Shown one piece after another: positions 58,462 to 64,000 of a DNA stretch of 64,000 bases. Positions within the stretch are counted from its first letter, which is position 1, and each line of letters starts with the position of its first letter. The position numbers and the translations under genes were made by a program. The DNA lies in IMG/VR virus record IMGVR_UViG_3300014613_000018, positions 1 through 64,000 of that record, one strand, 5' to 3'. The notes below the pieces were generated by a model. The model searched no databases. It saw only the letters and a program-made list of their open reading frames with translations, and was not told the DNA's origin. This stretch comes from a virus.

Positions 58462-58819
58462 TATCGGCCTCCCCGTCGTGTACGGAGCCGTATTCAATTC
58501 TTTCCGACACAAAGGTTCCAACTTCGGAATGATGCAGAATCAGACTATCACCATCCGCCGTATAGAACTCACGCCAGTACATTGTTTGTGGGCTGTAAAT
58601 TATGCCTGCACCATAGACAGATGCAGTCCACTCAAGAACAATCATGCCATCTGTATAGCTGACTCCAATGCACTCCATGTGCTGATAATTGAGCCTTGTA
58701 TCTATTAAGCGAATTGTGGTACCATTCTGCATTGTCATGGTCTGGCCTGGTTCAACTTCAACTTGGTTAGCTATGTAGCTTTTGGGTATCAATGCCAGAA
58801 GTATCAATATCAAATTCAT
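58454..58819 (-). CDS. Putative exported protein
   Basis: MNLILILLALIP after GAGGAATTGAAATG; flanked by 22-bp repeat. Confidence 0.6.
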   Translation of the reverse strand: MNLILILLALIPKSYIANQVEVEPGQTMTMQNGTTIRLIDTRLNYQHMECIGVSYTDGMIVLEWTASVYGAGIIYSPQTMYWREFYTADGDSLILHHSEVGTFVSERIEYGSVHDGEADNE

Positions 58820-58919
58820 TTCAATTCCTCTCTTCCCCATCGTGTACGGAGCCGTTTTCTTCTTCACACTCTACCATATCATCTTTCCTTTCTATTCAAG
58901 TTTTCTTAACTACCTTTGT

Positions 58920-59070
58920 AATATACACCTTTAATTTTCATTGTCAAGTGTCTAGGATTCCTTGATTGTTCCTCCTCAGTCTTCAAGTAATATATCACTA
59001 ATCTTCACAGTGTCAATAGTGGAGATTGAAATAGCTCCTACTTGACAATCGTACAGTGTTGTTATATAAT
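58920..59070. promoter_or_regulatory. Divergent sigma70 promoter cluster
   Basis: Minus: TTGACA at 58947 and 59016, each N16-TATATT; plus: TTGACA 59042-N17-TATAAT. Confidence 0.75.
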
Positions 59071-59108
59071 AGCTAAGTAGTAATTCTTAACATTGAAAGG
59101 AGAATCTA

Positions 59109-59498
59109 ATGAATGAAGAAAAGTTTGTACCTACTACCTTAAAGGAATTTAGAATAGGTGCAATTGTAATGTGTGATTTTGGTAATTATCATAGACCTGA
59201 GTTAAGGGTAGGTAAAATTATCAATGAAACTAAAACTCTATGGAAAGTAGAGTTTAAGACTGGTGTATCTAGTTTTGATAAGGTTTCTGGTAGGCTTAAA
59301 GAAGTTCATTGGAATACCCCTTGGTTGGAACCTTATAATGAAGATAAAGTAATTGAACAGAAGAGGCTAAACATGCTAAGTAATTTGAAGTACAAATTGT
59401 CACAAGGTGAGTTTAACAAGTTAAGTAGTAAAGCCTTAAAGGATATTTGGAGAATCATTTATATTGATCTTGAAATTGTAGGGAAGGATGAAGAATGA
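59109..59498 (+). CDS. Hypothetical protein (SH3-like beta N-terminus)
   Basis: TGAAAGGAG RBS. Confidence 0.65.
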   Translation: MNEEKFVPTTLKEFRIGAIVMCDFGNYHRPELRVGKIINETKTLWKVEFKTGVSSFDKVSGRLKEVHWNTPWLEPYNEDKVIEQKRLNMLSNLKYKLSQGEFNKLSSKALKDIWRIIYIDLEIVGKDEE

Positions 59499-60130
59499 TT
59501 GCTGGCATTCTAGCTTACCTCATTACTGCCTGTGGAATTGCAGCATTTTTCTTCATGTGGATATGGTATGTTACTAAAGAAGAATGGTGTGTAATAGCAT
59601 CCTTATACAGCTTGATTATAGGTGCTGTAGTAATGATATTCTCAATGGTAGTATAATGAGTGTGTTAGTACCTAATCCAATTCTACACACATTGAAAGTA
59701 AAAGCATTTTTGTATGATGCTACTATTTACCCTATCGTTGAAAAGTATGATACTATTGTTGCAGGATTAACATTAGCAGTAATAGTATTGTTTGTAATTG
59801 CAGTAATTTTTATTATACTGTACAAGCAACAAGTAAGTATAACTAAATTTTATAAGGAATGCTTAAATGAAAACTTTGGTTGGTGGAAATGGTAAAGTAT
59901 AGTTTACATTAAGTGGTTTAGTGTACAGAATACTTAACATTAAATGAAAGGAAGCTGAAATGAAAGCCCTGAGTAGATTGTCAATTTTTACAGGTAATTT
60001 TGTAGTCTTAGGAGGTATACTTCAAGGATTACAGAAGGTACAATGGATAGCGAGTTTGAATGTGATACTTTGGATACTGATAGGCGTAATAATGATGGCT
60101 GTAGGTGCAATAGTAATATCTCACGAATAG
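59495..60130 (+). CDS. Three small membrane proteins (59495..59656, 59656..59895, 59960..60130)
   Basis: Hydrophobic helices; coupled starts; two found manually. Confidence 0.55.
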
Positions 60131-60145
60131 TTTGAAGGTTAAATA

Positions 60146-60179
60146 AAAACCCTCCGAGATTAATTTCAAGGAGGGTTTT
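60146..60179. terminator. Bidirectional terminator
   Basis: AAAACCCTCC/GGAGGGTTTT between convergent genes. Confidence 0.75.
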
Positions 60180-60192
60180 CTGTTAGTGTATA

Positions 60193-62020
60193 TTAAGATG
60201 AAGGATAAGCAAGGTCAAACAGAATACTCAATATAGGTTCAGGATGAAATGCTTCTTGTCTAGGTATAAGTACTGCACTTGGGTTAAGTTTACTATTCTT
60301 AAGTACTTGGTTATAAGTAGTATGCTCACTTTCATTAAACCTATGATACAAAGCCTGTAATTCCTCTTTACTTTCAATTACAATTCTCAATTCAATAGGC
60401 TTAAAGTCTATTTCCTCATTAACAATATTACATTTCATTTTCTCACCTTTCATTTTAAGTGTAAGAGAAGAGCAAGACATTACATCTTACTCTTCTCAAT
60501 ATTTACTTACTCTTATACTCTACTTTGATACTACCATCAGAATAGGTAGTAATGATTGATACTATTCTCTTGCTACACACTACCAAACCTTTCCGTTCTT
60601 GTATATTTCTAATGTAAACTCCAAGCTGACCTCTTGACATTAATGTTACATTAGGAAGTGGTTCATCTGGATACCTTTGACACAGGTTTCTAATCAAGTT
60701 AATCTGTTCAGAAGTAGGGCAGTCTGAGTGTGCCATTACATTTCCCTTCAGATTAGTGTTTCCGCTTCAAGTATCTAACATTACTGGGGGAAGTACCTAC
60801 AATGTAATGTGTATCATTATAACTGACTATACACTCATCATTCTTCATAGGCTTATCACCAAATGCCATAAGATACATTGGTTGGCTATTCTTAGGATTA
60901 GTAAACCTTGCCCATATAATCTGTGCTTTAATTAGATCATACAAATCCTTTAACGATATATCATAGGCAACCATGTAGTACTCATAAGGATGGAATGATT
61001 CAGCATTGTCTACTGCTTTCCACACTTCCAAAAATTGACCACCAATAGGATGCTCAATCATGTGGTAACATTCACATATTTGATAGTTGTCAGTGTTTTG
61101 TATTTCTTCGAGCAGTACAGGTGGTTTATAAGTGTTTGATTTAATGGTAGTAATACCATCTCTCTGTTTGAAGATACAAGGCTGAGCGATATTGTACCTA
61201 TGATTCATGTTAATTTTCCTTTAAGTTAGTGTTAAAATCCATAATCTTTCAATTTACCATCTCGTATCAAGGGGTTATCTCCAAAGGTTCCTACCAGTAT
61301 AAATTTAGGCTTATTTACTCCTTTCAACTGGTCAATGTGAGTGAGGTAACTGTAAGTACCCTTATGATGTTCACAGTAATGCTTGTACTCTGTGTAAGTA
61401 CCTGTTACAATGAATGTTTGTTTAACCACTGTTACCCTTTCGTTTTTCTAGTGTTACCTCTAAATGGAAACAGAGGACACAGGTTATTATTACATTCTTT
61501 TACATTACCTTCCCAACCTAAGCATTCCACACAGAACACTTTAATGGCTAAACTTCTAGTATAATTTTTTATTGTTATGTTAGCATCATTGAAAGTCCTG
61601 ACAGTATGTGTAATAGGCCCCTTTCTTTTAGCATTCTTTTTACCTTCAGCAAGTTTAGCAAGATGTTCTTCAGTTAGTTTCATTTTACACCTGTTCCATC
61701 TCAGCTAAGTTCAAGAACTTTTCTATAGTATCATAAGCTCCTCCTCCTTCACTGTAGTAACCATTATGAGATTTATTTTTAGTTTCGTTTCCGAAAGTTA
61801 AGAATTGATGAATTGCACTTCTAACATTGCCGGGAATATTTTTGGAAGTTTCAATATTCTGTTGAAGAATAGCCTTTTGATTAAAGCACACCTTACAAAC
61901 TCGTCTATGCTTCCCTCCACAGAACATCTTTTTACAAAGAATACAAGTACAAAGATATTGACCGTTTTCTTGATCAAAATCCTCAGACCAATCTCGGTCA
62001 CTAAATCTAAAGCCTTTCAT
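60193..62020 (-). CDS. Hypothetical ORFs (60193..60438, 60503..60736, 60753..61208, 61232..61429, 61432..61683, 61685..62020)
   Basis: RBS-preceded tandem ORFs; 61432 has AIK.FCVEC...C....CPLFPFR; 61685 has ENG.Y.C.C..C..F.G.K.R..C..C. Confidence 0.65.
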
Positions 62021-62021
62021 T

Positions 62022-63056
62022 TTACACCCTTTCCAATTCTACAAGCATCATTTCTCTAACCTTAAATGAGATGTACTTGTTTATATCTTTAGGAATTAGA
62101 TTGTTTTCAACTAATGTGTCCATTTCTTCCTCTACTATATCTTTAATAACCCACCTTATTACATCTCCCATTTTAGTAATACTTAAATCCCCTTCTCCAA
62201 ATACTTCTTGAATAGCTTGCTGCAATCTATTTTCTGTTACAGCATATTCAACAAATGCTTGAATTGAAGTTATTTTTTCAGTATCTACTTTAGCCAGTGT
62301 TTTCACTCTAGTTACAGAATGCTTTTCACCTTTCACTTTGAACCTAAGGTTACTACCCTCATAATAAGCAGACCATACCACACCTTCACCCACACCATTT
62401 TCGATTCCTAAAGCCCTAGCAACAGGACACTCCTTTTCTACCTTCTCGGTGATTTCAATAAACTTGTTTTGTGCAAGTTGAGGGTTATTAAAGTCTACAT
62501 CTACAGAGTATGTTTCAAAGTCTTCCACATTATAGATTCTATATGAGGGGCAATGTAATTTACTAGAATCAATCCAGTAACTAACAAACTCTTCATCGTT
62601 AAGATTAGAAACTTTCACACCAAAGATAAAGAATGATTTCTCTACTTGTGAAATTCCAACGCCCTTCTGAATACCCTTACCTGCCCACTCACCATAAATT
62701 GTAGTGGTGTAAATGCTAGGATCAATATTCTCTTTAAAAATAATTGCATTAAGCATAGTCTGGAAGATGTTTTTATGTGACTCCACAAAGAAGGCAAATC
62801 CTGCATTATCATGCTCCATAGTAATAATGTTCTGACGAGATTGAATCCAGAATCCATCAGTAGTATTATAACTGACTCCAGCATTAGTACCATGTAGTTT
62901 AACAGTACCCTTAAATGTGATAATAGGTTTAGGAGCATTAGGATTATATGTAGGCTTACCACTTGTATCTAATCCTATAAAAGTTGCACCTTGAATAACT
63001 GTTTTAATAATACTTCTAAATTGATCAATTTTAGGATACTTAATATGCTTCTTCAT
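62022..63056 (-). CDS. ATP-dependent RNA ligase (Rnl2-related family)
   Basis: KLHGTN motif I, YGEW.G.GIQKGV, GEGVVW, FKVKGEKH. Confidence 0.88.
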   Translation of the reverse strand: MKKHIKYPKIDQFRSIIKTVIQGATFIGLDTSGKPTYNPNAPKPIITFKGTVKLHGTNAGVSYNTTDGFWIQSRQNIITMEHDNAGFAFFVESHKNIFQTMLNAIIFKENIDPSIYTTTIYGEWAGKGIQKGVGISQVEKSFFIFGVKVSNLNDEEFVSYWIDSSKLHCPSYRIYNVEDFETYSVDVDFNNPQLAQNKFIEITEKVEKECPVARALGIENGVGEGVVWSAYYEGSNLRFKVKGEKHSVTRVKTLAKVDTEKITSIQAFVEYAVTENRLQQAIQEVFGEGDLSITKMGDVIRWVIKDIVEEEMDTLVENNLIPKDINKYISFKVREMMLVELERV

Positions 63057-63079
63057 TTCAATTTCCTTTCAAGTTTCAT

Positions 63080-63436
63080 TTAGAGGATGTTAATTTCTAC
63101 TTTTTTAATATCCCCACCGGAACCCCACTGCCAGAATTTAGGAAGTTCTACTGCCTTATTAATAACATCTTTGAGTGTGCCTGTAAATATTCCAAGTTGA
63201 GGCATGTAGTGTGACCCACCTAAATCACAATTAGAGTCTTCACCTGTAACTTCCCAAGTACCATACTCATCTATGGTGTGCATTTTTAGTAAAGCCTTGC
63301 CTCTGTAACCTTTAATAAACTTTCTAGCATTACTAGAGGTAAAAGTGTGTTGCTCATTCTCATATCGTTTAGCTTCCAGTTCAGTAGGAAACTCTGTACC
63401 ATCTGAAGTAACATAAGTAATTTTCTGAGTAATCAT
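63080..63436 (-). CDS. Conserved phage hypothetical protein
   Basis: GEDSNCDLGGSH...FWQWGSGG; own promoter at 63512. Confidence 0.7.
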   Translation of the reverse strand: MITQKITYVTSDGTEFPTELEAKRYENEQHTFTSSNARKFIKGYRGKALLKMHTIDEYGTWEVTGEDSNCDLGGSHYMPQLGIFTGTLKDVINKAVELPKFWQWGSGGDIKKVEINIL

Positions 63437-63508
63437 TTCAATTTCCTTTCAAGTTTCAGTATCAGCACTATTACTGATGCTAGAATATAAGTGTTATGAT
63501 TAGAGTTG

Positions 63509-63901
63509 TCAATAGGTGATTATTTTACCATATTTCACAGCCCAATCATCAGCATTTACAATTTCTATATACTGAACAGGGACAAACACATTGTTTCTAA
63601 TAACATAACAACTTATTCCATTAGAAATTGCTTCAGATACTTCAGCAAAAACACCTTTACCTACATGATTTTGATATTCAGATGCTACAACTATTTTACT
63701 TTTTCTAACAAATTGTAAGCAGCCTTTCATTATCTGCGACCCTGAACTATTAGCCCAAGATTTAGGTCTACTTTTGTTAGGACAAAAGAACTTATATTTA
63801 CTGAAATGTTCTTTGATAAGTTTTGTTTCTTCTGCTTCTCTCTTAGAGTTGTATATCCTCATTGAGTGAGCATAGTAAAGTTGCTGTTTAAACCAAGTCA
63901 T
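63509..63901 (-). CDS. Second NDT-fold-like protein
   Basis: YYAHS...CPN...M..CL..V...VGKGVFAEV; promoter TTGACA-N17-TATACT at 63967. Confidence 0.5.
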   Translation of the reverse strand: MTWFKQQLYYAHSMRIYNSKREAEETKLIKEHFSKYKFFCPNKSRPKSWANSSGSQIMKGCLQFVRKSKIVVASEYQNHVGKGVFAEVSEAISNGISCYVIRNNVFVPVQYIEIVNADDWAVKYGKIITY

Positions 63902-64000
63902 TTTGTTTTCCTTAAAGGTAAGGGTTTATTGATACTGAAGTATAATGTATTTAGGAAGGCTTGTCAAGTGGTAAATGAAAAGAGAGAGAGAATGTAAAGT

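Noticed and set aside
56676-58708. Plus-strand and alternate-frame ORFs in island B, and 32616..32909 minus
   Set aside because: Expected from higher GC; the chosen frames are supported by coupled junctions and paralogy.
28918-64000. Prophage boundary or host DNA suggested by dnaN, BtpA, RlpA and FmdB genes
   Set aside because: These genes sit among phage-type ORFs with phage composition; no integrase, att site or host operon is visible.

Overview
About 64 kb of an AT-rich, contractile-tailed (myovirus-type) bacteriophage genome. Positions 1-28.1 kb (minus strand) hold a virion module: prohead protease/scaffold, HK97-fold capsid, neck, sheath, two gp19-type tubes, a tail chaperone with a probable -1 frameshift, an HNH endonuclease, tape measure, baseplate and fibres. 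No portal or terminase is recognisable in the window. A hairpin-rich non-coding gap (28.1-28.9 kb) separates this from a plus-strand accessory region (28.9-45.4 kb) with a metallophosphoesterase, 4 tRNAs, RlpA-like, permuted NlpC/P60, NDT-like, two radical SAM and BtpA genes. After a 1.6 kb non-coding stretch (possible genome end) comes a mostly minus-strand array of small genes with many near-consensus sigma70 promoters and repeated leaders, including a DnaN-like clamp and an RNA ligase. Most notable: (i) three tail-module proteins with Sec-type signal peptides, two sharing a GC-rich 53-aa module; (ii) two GC-rich islands 25 kb apart with identical gene-junction 'handles' around unrelated interiors; (iii) bipartite N14-spaced DNA motifs bracketing gene blocks; (iv) strong GGWCC/CCWGG avoidance; (v) an atypical initiator-like tRNA. 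All family calls come from motif recognition by eye, without database searches.
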